A DNA stretch of 64,000 nt from NCBI GenBank assembly GCA_951406725.2, contig OX597814.1, positions 167,772,001 to 167,836,000 on the forward strand, read 5' to 3'. The notes beneath the pieces were generated by a model. It had not been told where the DNA came from, did not search any database, and saw only the letters and a list, made by a program, of their open reading frames with translations. This document shows, one piece after another, positions 13,158-23,970 of the stretch. Made by a program: the position numbers and the translations under genes. The DNA is from Octopus vulgaris. Lineage: Eukaryota. Every line of letters starts with the position of its first letter. Within the stretch, counting starts at the first letter, position 1.

Positions 13158-13499
13158 TTTCAAAGAAAAAGGTAATGTAAAAGGAGAAGAAAGGGGACTC
13201 TCTACACCCCCTTTTTTTTTTTTTTTTTTTTTGACCAGGCTCCCGTTGGCTTTTGTAGGGTTTTTTCCACCAGGAACCTTTCGAGACGTCTCCCCCTTTT
13301 GGGAGTTTTTCATTGTTGAATTTTATAAGTTGTTATAAAGATTTTTACTCGATGTTTTTAAAAAACGGCAAAACCCTTTGTAACCTTTCGTCCTGTCTTG
13401 TCCCTTTATGTAATCATGCGTGTCAGCCCTTGTGGCCAATAAAAAAGAATTGATTATTATTATTATTATTATTGGTGGAGGTGGTGGTTGTGGTGGTGT

Positions 13500-13948
13500 T
13501 GTCATTATTTCACTTGTTCTCGCTACTTCTGTAAGAGCAGAGAACAACTTATTGTCAAAGGCCTCACAAGGTCTTCTTCCATGATACTTAACATCCAAGT
13601 ACCAATCTCAAAATCCTCGCTGTCCCCAATAAAGCAGTTTTCTGAGCATGTTCTACCCTCATGTCGATCACAATTTCTCCTACAAATTTCTCAAACCTGG
13701 TTGCTAATGCTCCCACTGTTCCTACAACTACTGGAATAGCAGCTACTTTCTTTATTGCCCACATTCATGCAAGCTTTAGTGGATTGTACTTTTCAATCTT
13801 TTCCACTTCTTTATCATCAGCTCATACATCCCCAGGTATGGTAATGTCTATGTTCTTGGTTTCCTTCATCATTTTATCAACTACAACAATGATCTCTGAG
13901 CATCAATCATAGAATCACACTGGATTGTAAAATCCCACAAGATCTTAT
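13500..13948 (-). mobile_element. Dong/R4-clade non-LTR retrotransposon 3' fragment (restriction-like endonuclease region), decayed
   Basis: Minus strand reads KILWDFTIQCD...IDITIPGD...EKIEKY...IPVVVGTVGA...QKTALLGTARILRLVL with stops. Flanked by (ATT)n on both sides. Confidence 0.8.
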
Positions 13949-14332
13949 ATTTGTGTTGTTGTTGTTATTATTATTATTATTATTCATTTAACGTCCGCTT
14001 TCCATGCTAGCATGGGTTGGACGATTTTGACTGAGGGCTAGCAAACCAGATGGCTGCACCAGGCTCCAATCTTGATCTGGCAGAATTTCTACAGCTGGAT
14101 GCCCTTCCTAATGCCAACCACTCCAAGAGTGTAGTGGGTGCTTTTTACATGCCACCGGCACGGGAGCCAGTCTGGCAGTACTGGCAATGACCTCGCTCGA
14201 ATCTTTTAACACATGTCACCAGCACAGGTGCCAGTAAGGCGACGTTAGTAACGATCACACTTGAATGGTGCCCTTTTATGTGCCACCAGCACAGAGGCCA
14301 GTTGGCTGTTCTGGCAACGATCATTAATATTA

Positions 14333-15035
14333 AGACAATGAGCTGGCAGAATCATTAGCACATCAGACTAAATAGCAGCATTTCCTCTGGCTTTGTGTTT
14401 TGAGTTCAAATTCTGCTGAAGTTGACTTTGCCTTTTGTCCTTCCTGGGTTGATAAAAGTATCAGTCAAGCAATGGAGTTGATGAAATCAACTAGCCCCCT
14501 CCCCTAAATTTTTAAGTCTTGTGCCTATAATATAAATATATACTACTACTACTATTATTATTATTATTATTTCGTTATTATTACTATTATTATTATTATT
14601 ATTATTATTAAGGCAGCGATATGGCAGAACCATTAGCACACTAGGCAAAATGCTTAGCAGCATGTCTTCTGTATTTTTGTTCTGAATTCAAATTCTTCTG
14701 AGGTTGACTTTGCCTTTCATCCTTTCAGGATCAATAAAATAAGCAGCAGTTGAGCACCAGGGTCAATGTAATTGACTTACCCTGTCTTAAAATGACTATC
14801 CTTGAGCCAAAGTGTGAAACCATCATTATTATTACTACTACTACTACTACACTACTGAGGCAGCTAGCTTGCCAAATCATTAGCACATCAGACAGAATGC
14901 TTAGTGACATTTTTCTTGGCTTTATACTTTGAATTCAAATTCTATTGAAGTTAACTTTGTCTTTCATCCTTTCAGGGTTGATAAAATACAGTCTCCTAAA
15001 ATTTCTGGTCTTCTGTGAAAACTGGAAGCCATTAT
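14333..15035 (+). mobile_element. Tandem array of three type-A-head SINEs separated by (ATT)n
   Basis: Repeated GAGCTGGCAGAATCATTAGCAC...GTTCAAATTC...GACTTTGCCTTTCATCC units. Similar arrays at 7520-7960 and 46143-46590. Confidence 0.8.
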
Positions 15036-15044
15036 TATTATTAT

Positions 15045-15238
15045 TCAGTGGTCTTATTTTTATCATGTGCTTTCACTGTACTACCGAATGCAGCTCTGTG
15101 TGCCTTTGGTATGTGCTGTGGTTTGTTGTGATGCTCTTATTCTTACTGTATTGAAAGTGTTTTACATAGGATCTGTGTGGTGCATAGTAGCGCTACTTTT
15201 GTATGTTATATATACTTGTTAGTCCTGGTGTTTTTTGT
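15045..15238 (-). mobile_element. Second Dong/R4-like 3' fragment
   Basis: Minus strand, with frameshifts, gives KHSDKYIT..PGLTSIYNIQK.ALL.T..IL.KTLSIQ-stop plus a short 3' UTR, embedded between (ATT)n runs. Confidence 0.6.
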
Positions 15239-16584
15239 TATGTATTTGTCTGAATGTTTTTATTATTATTTTTTAAAATAATGATAATAACCAACTTGTC
15301 ACTTTCCCCCCAAAACATTCAGACCTTGTGCCTATAGTAGAAAGGATTATCATTAACACTTTTAATGTCCAGCCATAAACATGAAAACATCCATATCAGC
15401 TTTTCCCTATCAGTTGTGTTCTAAAAAGAAAATCTTGTAAGTTTCTGACAGTGATGTGTTTATTTCTATTCACTGCTTTCTAATTTCTTCATGTCTTTTA
15501 AAATTCTTCTTGAACATATTCTAACACATGCTTAGATCTAATCAGTTTATCTTTTGGAGGATTACATCAATCCATAAAATATTTATTTCACTATTTCATA
15601 AAGAAATTTTTGGAACATTATCGTTATATGTTATGTTACTCTCTATATCTCAGCTGAGATACAGTTAAGAAAAACAACTTTACTAGTATTATCTTTCTAT
15701 TGTTTTGATACTTGGCAAACAATATTTTAAATTTAGTTCTTTATTGCATAAATCATTTAATTTTATATATCTTTAGAAATATCTGAATTTGTAAAATTCT
15801 TAATTTGCTAGAATAAACAGGTATTTTATATTGCAATATATTGAGAAGCTTTTAGTAGTGAATAGCTAGGTAAAATTGGAAAGTTACAGATATACATGTG
15901 ATGGTGGTGGAGAGAACATTACTCAATATCTTTAATTTTAGCTGACCTAAAACCAATCAACAATATAATGTTGAACTTATTCATTCTGTTTTCTTCAGTG
16001 AAATTACTATTCTATTTTCTTCCTACTTTTTGAATACTAAGCAATTGACTTAGTAGTTTATAACTGACAAGAGCTCTTTGAAATGTTGTTCCTGATAATG
16101 CTAGATATTTACTAATGCTACTATATTAATAAAATATCAATAGTTACAGATTGTGAATGAATTATCTTCTTAAGATTTTCAAGAGGAAGTGATATTAGAT
16201 ATTAGAAACACTAAAGGAACTGACCCAGTGGCTGGACTGAAACCACATATCTATCACTTAATACTCAACAACTCTGTTACTTGTTACACTAACCCTGTCC
16301 TGTAATTGATTAATTATCTTAGTTTTAAAAATTGATTTATGTGCTAAATTTGGAAGAGAGAAATTGTCTTGTAAGTAGTAGGAAGGTGATTTTGAGTCCT
16401 GGCATTGGGTCTGTTTCCTTTTTCTGCTTCAGATTTGTGCTATTATTTTCTAAATCTCTTTACATTAAAAATCATTCTTTCATAATTTGATTTATGGGGT
16501 TGTTTCTCATTATAAGCATTGAATCAAGCCAAGAGACATTGCTATAGTGAGCATTAATGTATATAATATATAGTATATTCATAT

Positions 16585-16968
16585 AAGGCCATATTTAACA
16601 CATTCAAGTACACTCAGACATGGGAAGACCTTTCACTGCAGAAATAATCTCAGGAGAAACTTCTCACGGTGGGTTGCAAAAGACACATAACATTTGTTTC
16701 TGCATTATGTCATGGGACATTTGCTTCTGCCTCAGATCATAGGACATTTGTTTCTGCATTATGTCATCAGCTATGAATACCAACTTTGCCTTTCAAAGTC
16801 TGAAAACAACTAATCATTCTTATATTAGAACAGAAAACAGTACATTTGCTGATAAGTGTAAACCTTGGTCATGCTAGAATTAATTAACTAAAGTTTCTCC
16901 CCAAATTATTTCTGCAGTGAATGGCTTTTCCATGTTCAAGCCTACTCAGACATGTTAAATATGACTTT
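16585..16968. mobile_element. Unclassified MITE-like element with about 80-bp TIRs
   Basis: 16585-16662 is an imperfect reverse complement of 16891-16968 (shared CATATTTAACA, TTCACTGCAGAAATAAT, GGAGAAACTT). Confidence 0.65.
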
Positions 16969-17817
16969 GCCCAAATATATTTTATTAAATACTACTTTGT
17001 GTGTCTTTAGTTAAATAATACTCAGTATTTGTGTATGGAGTTTAACATGTTCTGCTATGCTAATTAATTCGCTGATTATACAGAGAGAGATAAAAACAGC
17101 ATGAAAAAATTGGTTTAAGTATCCAATTTGAGAGAGAAAGAGAGAAATTTAGAAATGTTCTGTAAGCAGCTTAGTTCAACTCCCTTAGGTAGACCTGTTT
17201 TTCTTTTCTCTCTAATATTAGTGTTTGTAATATTAACCATGCTGTAGCCATAAAGGACCATTGGCAGCTTGCATTTGCAAATATTTTGGGGCTAATATTC
17301 TTTGGAGCACTACTCTGCAGCAGACTTGTCTCATTTTCAGTTAAGTGGATTGGAGTACCGTGATATGAAATGCTTTGGCTATGAACACAATGCACGCTCC
17401 AGTCTGGAAATCAAACCTAACAACCATGATGCAAACAGTCTAACCACAAAACCATGTCACTTCTTATATTAATGGAACTTATCAACTATTGTTTTGTTGT
17501 TTCAGACCAAAAATTTGAAACATGTCCTCTATGAACATACTGCTAAAATGAAAGCTGAAAAATATCAAACTTAAGAAAACAGTTCATTAAACATATATGA
17601 TCCTGATTAATTTTTAAGATATCCGTATCCAGCTGCAATATTCAATTGGCTACAAAATACGCCAGTCTCAACATTAGAGTAAACAAACCATTTCAAGAGG
17701 AAGAGAAAAAAAAAGAAGTGATTGATATAATTTGCTTTATTGTTATTGATTTTAAAGATGTCATTTGTATTTCAAGTATTATACTTATATTACAAAATTT
17801 TTTTTTTTTTTTTTTAG

Positions 17818-17955
17818 ATGGATAATATCTTGCTTGGTGTCCATGATGTCAACTTGAAACTAACTCTGGCATTCGGTTGTGGTCTTCATCATGCTGGCTT
17901 ACAAGAGAAAGATCGAAAAATTGTTGAAGAATTATTTGTCAACCAAAAAATTCAA
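17818..17955 (+). CDS. ASCC3: ASCC3 (Ski2-like helicase) internal coding exon
   Basis: Poly-T tract + AG acceptor ending at 17817 and GTAAGT donor at 17956. 138 nt, phase 0/0, encoding MDNILLGVHDVNLKLTLAFGCGLHHAGLQEKDRKIVEELFVNQKIQ, which matches the ASCC3 C-terminal cassette motif (LKLTLAFGIGMHHAGL). Confidence 0.93.
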
Positions 17956-18580
17956 GTAAGTGAGATCTTTATTGTCAATCAACCAGACTGGTTATACTTT
18001 CTCTTGTTTCAGTTATTTTAAAAAGACATATAGAAAATTTCGTTCACAAAGGTTGGACCAAAAGTAATGCAAAAATGGGCATAACTTTTTTTTACTAGCT
18101 GACATAGGTTATTCAAAGTACACATGTTAGTTTCATATATCAAAGAACTTCCCCCACTCTCTCCCTCTATGTAACAGGTAGATGTAATATATGATTTTCT
18201 TAGGAAGAGTATAATAGGTGTTAGGATGAATGGCTGTCTCTGTTTCAGTTACATATATGAATATATTTACATTAGCTCCATTAGATCTTCAAGCTGAAAT
18301 AATGCTTTATCACTGGGTTATTAGTAACTCTAGTATATGGATTACATATTTATTTAAATATGAAATATTTAACATGTGCATTGTATCTATCTTTCTTCAT
18401 TCATCTGCAAGTGCTTGTGTCAAGACTATTGGAAAGTAGAGATTACTTAAGATTTTGTGATAGACTTTCCACAATAGCTTTAGAAGAAGAAGAGTATATG
18501 CAAAACAGATTTTCATCCAAGAAGAATCATAGGGGCTCTGTCAGGGACATTTGTGTGCTTTGACAATACTTGAACTCCAC

Positions 18581-18993
18581 AGGCGCAGGAGTGGCTGTGT
18601 GGTAAGTAGCTTGCTTACGAACCGCATGGTTCCGAGTTCAGTCCCACTGTGTGGCACCTTGGGCAAGTATCTTCTACTATAGCCTTGGGTCGACCAAAGC
18701 CTTGTGAGTGGATTTGGTAGACGGAAACTGAAAGAAGCCTGTCGTATATATATATATATATATATATGTACACAGATGTGTGTGTATATGTTGTGTATCT
18801 GTGTTTGTCCCCTCAACATCGCTTGACAACCGATGCTGGTGTGTTTACGTCCGCGTGACTCAGCGGTTCGGCAAAAGAGACCGATAGAATAAGTACTAGG
18901 CTTACAAAGAATAAGTCCTGGGGTTGATTTGATTCGACTAAAGGCGGTGCTCCAGCATGGCCACAGTCAAATGACTGAAACAAGTAAAAGAGA
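18581..18993 (+). mobile_element. CORE-like tRNA-derived SINE (type B), full length
   Basis: A/B-box head, CCTTGGGCAAGT core, internal (TA)/(TG) tract and tail GGCGGTGCTCCAGCATGGCCACAGTCAAATGACTGAAAC. Many copies in the window. Confidence 0.88.
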
Positions 18994-20183
18994 GAATACC
19001 AAAAAATCATTTCTTTGACTTACACATTGCCGCTACGAAATACTCACCAGAAATCGTGGAACCATCAAGAATATCAATGACAACAGCATGTACTATGTGG
19101 ATGTATCAGGTAGCTAAGTAATAGCTTCCCAAAGAGATAAATTAACACTTTTCTCATTTGTTACAATGTTAGACGATCTATTGAGCAAAAGCGGCCAATA
19201 ACATTGTATTGTAACTATTATTATGCATGGTTATTTCTGCCTCCTGATCTGGATTTCATGGATGATTTTGACCTCATAGATGACACACCATCATCAGCTT
19301 TTCACCATGCGACAGTCTCTCGATCTGACACAAAGTCAATTTTAAGAAACAAAATGCATTAATGTCAGGATAATGAAAATTAATTTGCATTATCAAGGTG
19401 GCAGGATTATACAATACTTTAAGTGCCTTAGTTTCCCCGATATTATAAACTGAAACTAACCTCATGTACAGGCAATGTCTAGCTTGGAGCATCTTTTGAC
19501 AGTTGGAACAATTATGTATATCAAAAGAAGCAACTTTAAATCTTAAGCAGCTGCTGCTTAACACATTAATGCGCTAATGCTACTTTAGAATTTAAAGCAA
19601 TAAACAACAGCATTCTTAATTATACTTATTAGAACATTCAAATGTGTGATAAAATGCTCTGACTAATCTTGAAAAGTTTCACTTAGTTTAACTTAATGGA
19701 ATGTTATTAATTACTTTGCACAGCCACATGACGGGTTTATCCGTGGATCTGTCTATGTATGTTCAACAAAATTCTAACTTTAGATATATCCTTCAGTTAT
19801 AAGCTCTTATGACTGAAAGAAGAGGAAACTAAATATGAAAGGAATCTTCCATACTTAAATATTCATAAACAATGTATTAACCAAAAGGAAAATTAAATAA
19901 CAATGCATTAACTTGAAGGAAAATTTAATAACAACGTATTAAGCAGAAGGAAAATTTAATTAAACAGCATTATTTTCAATAGCTTTGTATCTGTTTTCTC
20001 CACACTGGTCGATGTACTGGTCAATGCCTGCAATAATCCAATCTATAATATGAGTAGAAATGACAGTTCTATTAATCATTTGTTGATAATAGCGAAAGGG
20101 TATAGTGTCTAAGGGCTAATCAGAATTAAGAAATGTTTCAGAGAAAATGAATGAGCTCAAAATAAAACCAAAGACAAAGTTAT

Positions 20184-20220
<37 letters not shown>

Positions 20221-21265
20221 ATGCATGTGTGTGTGTGCATGCATACATGCATGCATGAATGAATGCAAAACATCTATTTTATATAATTACGTTGAATATA
20301 TTTGGTTCTGAGTTCAGCTTTGTCTTTTTAGATTTGTTTAGTTTTTTTCTCTGTTTTACATCTCTTTCTGTGCTAACACAAGTAAGATGTTTGAATATTG
20401 TTCAGTACCCTTCATACTGCTGACCTTTCAACCGTAAAATAGTGGAGGCAATGTTATGCGCATTTCCAAGAGTACAATCAAATGGCTGTATCAAAGTTTA
20501 AACTAATGACCATGTGATCAATAGCTAAGCAACCTTAACTTCACAGTTATTGTTTGTCTGCAGGTTTTACAATCATTAATTCCTGCTTATACATGTTTGA
20601 TGGTTGGCCTTTGTCCAGCTCTTTTTTATCCTTGATATGTTCTGCCATGCAATCTAGCCTTCTACAAGACCAACTTTATTGACTTTAGATGTAAAAAAGC
20701 AACACTGTATTGTTATAAAACATGATGTAGGGAAACCTTTGGTGGATTACACATGTATATCTATATTTTCAGAATTGATTTTGCTATGAGTCTGTTCTCA
20801 TAATAGAGATATGAATTTTATATTTTTAAATCTATAATTTAGCATAAAATAAAGAGAAAGAGAAATAATTATAACATTTTCACACATATCTAGTTTGAAA
20901 TTTATAGAAATTAACTATACAGAAATAATGATTTTTGAAGTAAAGTTTTACTGCCTGGTAGTTTTTTTTTTTTTAAGGTTGTGTGTGATGTGAAATTTAA
21001 TAAAAACTGAAATGCCAACTATCTGAAACAATGTGCTTTAAATGAAAAATTGAGATAAAGATTCAAACAATTTCACAAACTATCTTTTATTAGACAGATT
21101 ACATATTTCCCATTTATAGCCTAGCATTTCATATATGCCATCACTTTTATTTCTGTTTTTGCAACACTATTAAAATCAATCAATACCCTACCCTATTTTT
21201 GTCTGTCTTCTTCCTTACCCATCCACTGTATCTGCCTTCCATCACACTCTATATAACTCTGTCTC

Positions 21266-21312
<47 letters not shown>

Positions 21313-21593
21313 TACACACACACATACAATTATATTAATTACTTTTCAAAATCAACAAATATGTAATCATTGATACCACTGAATTTTTTTCATCTTTCAT
21401 CAAATATCAATATTTTTCTTCTTAATCATTATTTAATGAATATTCCTGAATTTTATCTGATGAAATACATTCTACTCATCAGTGTGTGTGTGTGCGTAAT
21501 ATTTAGTCTGTATGCCTCTGCTATTGCTTCAACTGAAAATTCATTGAGTTTGGTAATCAACCATGTTGACATTGGTGGCAACTGTACACATTA

Positions 21594-21795
21594 TGAGGGG
21601 ATACTGAAAAGTTCCTGGCTTTAAGGGTATCACGAAACCTTCCAAGTTCTTTTACAGGGCTTAGAAAAACTGAAGGACCACTGCAATAAGTGTGTAAATC
21701 TGAGAGGAAAATATATTGAATAAAATCATAATTAAGTGATCCCCCTGTATTTCCTTTTAACCAAAGCCAGGAACTTTTCAGCCCCCACCCCACCT
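21594..21795 (+). mobile_element. Internally deleted mariner derivative, copy 1
   Basis: TIR CTGAAAAGTTCCTGGCTTT / AAAGCCAGGAACTTTTCAG. The interior encodes the mariner transposase C-terminus LQGLEKLKDHCNKCVNLRGKYIE-stop. Confidence 0.8.
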
Positions 21796-21934
21796 ATATT
21801 ATTCTCCATTTTGTCAACAAATTTTTCTCAGCTAAGAGAAAATTATTATTTCTGTCACTATATGATTATTAAGATCCTGCTGGAGATTATATTAGGACAT
21901 ACATAAATGAGTCATCACAAGAATGATGTTCACC

Positions 21935-22266
21935 ACTTCATTGCGCACAACATCATAAGCGGAAAGTGTAACCTCTCGAAAGAGCTGTTCTTCACTCCTG
22001 CTCCAGAGCATCGGCTGTGGGGTCACTCTGAAAAGCTCTATCTGCGACGATTTCATCTCAATCGAAGGAGAGGGGCTTTCTCCGTCTGGGTTGCGGATCC
22101 GTGGAATAAGCTGCCGGACAAGATAGTGAAGATGCCGACGACTGCACGGTTCAAAGTCTCCCTTGACCACAAATGGCCTGAACACCACCCTGTACATAAC
22201 TCCATGTCCCCCTACATGGCCTTGCTTTTTGCTTTTTGAGCCAACAAATTAACTTAACTTAACTTA
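21935..22266 (+). mobile_element. CR1-clade LINE 3' fragment
   Basis: GHSEKLYLRRFHLNRRRGAFSVWVADPWNKLPDKIV...FKVSLD resembles the CR1 ORF2 C-terminus. Ends in a short (TTAAC)n tail. Confidence 0.8.
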
Positions 22267-23216
22267 TATCTGTATATCATAAAGCAATTATAATAAACCT
22301 GACTGAATTCACTTTTTGGCTTCTGAAAGCTGTTTCTGTTATTTTAAAAAGATATGTAGAAAATTTCAGGTTCATTCCATCTGCATAGCAACTTGGGCAA
22401 GTATCTTCTAATTTTGCTTCAGGTCAACCAAAACCTTGCTAGTGGTGTGTGTTTTGGATGTCTTTATATCTCCTCGTCTTCACATCACATAATGATTGCA
22501 AACAAATGATGTCATTCATTTCCAATTTTACATGGAAACATGTCAAATCATGGGGAATTTTTTTTCTCTTCCTGTCTGCCTCATTCTACTCCTCTCTCTC
22601 GTATCTAGAAGCAGGGGTGCACATTATATCCTTTTTTAATTAAAGATTTAAATTAACAAAATACTGGAAGAAATTTAGCATGTTTTTTTCAGTCTGTGAA
22701 TTTAAAATGTTGATTCAATTTATTGAGATAATGGCCTTTTTTCTTTCTTTTTTTTTATTTTGGAATCAGCTTCAATTCAGGTTATTTGTTGATAATTTTT
22801 GTGTGCTGATTCTTTTAATTTTGTACTCATTTACTGGTTTCCTTCTTGTTCTAACCATCGTTAATTAATCCCTTATCAATTCATAAAGTAGGAGTTTCAG
22901 TAAACAACAATAACAATAAATTTCAGAGGTCACAATTTTCTTTTGTTTTTTTCTACATTTAGAATTTTTGAAACTTTTTCAGTGCATTTCATATGGCAAT
23001 TATGTTAAAGCTGACTAAACTCGCCTTTTCCTGTAGATCTCATCATTATATCAGGAAAAGCCAATGCTTATAAGATATGACTGCATTCCCCAGAAATTCA
23101 CTTCCCAACTTTGGTTTCAGGTTTAGTCACACTACATAGCATTTTGGGCAAATGTCTTCTACCAAACTCATGTGAATGAGTTTGGTACATGGAAACTGAA
23201 AGAAACTTAACATGTT

Positions 23217-23288
23217 TCCTCGGTAGTATAGTGGTAAGTATCCCCGCCTGTCACGCAGGAGACCAGGGATTGATTCCCCACCAGGGAG
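23217..23288 (+). pseudogene. tRNA-Asp(GTC)-derived pseudogene
   Basis: TCCTCGGTAGTATAGTGGTAAGTATCCCCGCCTGTCACGC... is close to eukaryotic tRNA-Asp. The B-box/T-loop is mutated (GGATTGATT), several CG>CA changes break stems, and TTTTTT follows at 23301-23306. Confidence 0.85.
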
Positions 23289-23432
23289 GTTGTAAATACG
23301 TTTTTTAAATGGCGGTGCCTCTGCATGGCCACAGCTCGTGAGCTGAAACTAGATGAAATGATATGAATGTTTGTGTATATATGTGTGTGTGAGAGGAAAA
23401 AATGAACATACACACAAACACACAATTACAAA

Positions 23433-23530
<98 letters not shown>

Positions 23531-23756
23531 TATGTGCATTTTTGATTGAATCTCCTGTGAGTCAACATGGGATCCCTTGACAATGTAGGCTTCATTTGAT
23601 TAAGGTATCTTTAGCCCAACAGGTAGCTAGCAGATTACTCCTCAATTGAGCAATCACTACTTCTGAGGTTCTACTAGCTATGAAACATATGTAACCTGGA
23701 TTTTATCTACTCCACTCCCTAATCTTTGATTTTTGTACATATATATATTATATATA

Positions 23757-23911
23757 TACCAAAGTAAGCACATGAATGTGAAACACAGTGGAAAAAATAG
23801 TACTCGAATACCAGAGGTAGAGTAATATGCTTTATTAAAAAGCAGCAAAAATATCACAAAAACTGTTACTCGGAGTTTCACATTCCCGTTTGTTGGACAA
23901 TTTTGTTTAGA

Positions 23912-23912
<1 letters not shown>
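23757..23912 (-). mobile_element. Penelope-like terminal-repeat fragment with a decayed hammerhead motif
   Basis: Homologous to 41057-41133 in the opposite orientation and flanked by (TA)n. Hammerhead-like fold at 23856-23906. Confidence 0.6.

Positions 23913-23970
<58 letters not shown>

Larger units (their letters stand above)
7961..13450 (+). mobile_element. Near-full-length L1/Tx1-clade non-LTR retrotransposon
   Basis: Two-ORF layout and an abrupt switch from AT-rich host DNA to CpG-rich sequence at 7961. T-rich 3' UTR, AATAAA at 13438-13443, followed by (ATT)n. Confidence 0.93.

Noticed and set aside
17818-18021. 67-aa single-exon ORF starting at ATG 17818
   Set aside because: The ATG directly follows a splice acceptor and homology stops at the GTAAGT donor, so it is an internal ASCC3 exon.
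19274-19564. 96-aa minus-strand ORF as a nested gene
   Set aside because: GTG start, no recognisable motif and no splice-site support.
23217-23288. Functional tRNA-Asp gene
   Set aside because: Mutated T-loop/B-box, stem mismatches and embedding in retroelement sequence indicate a pseudogene.
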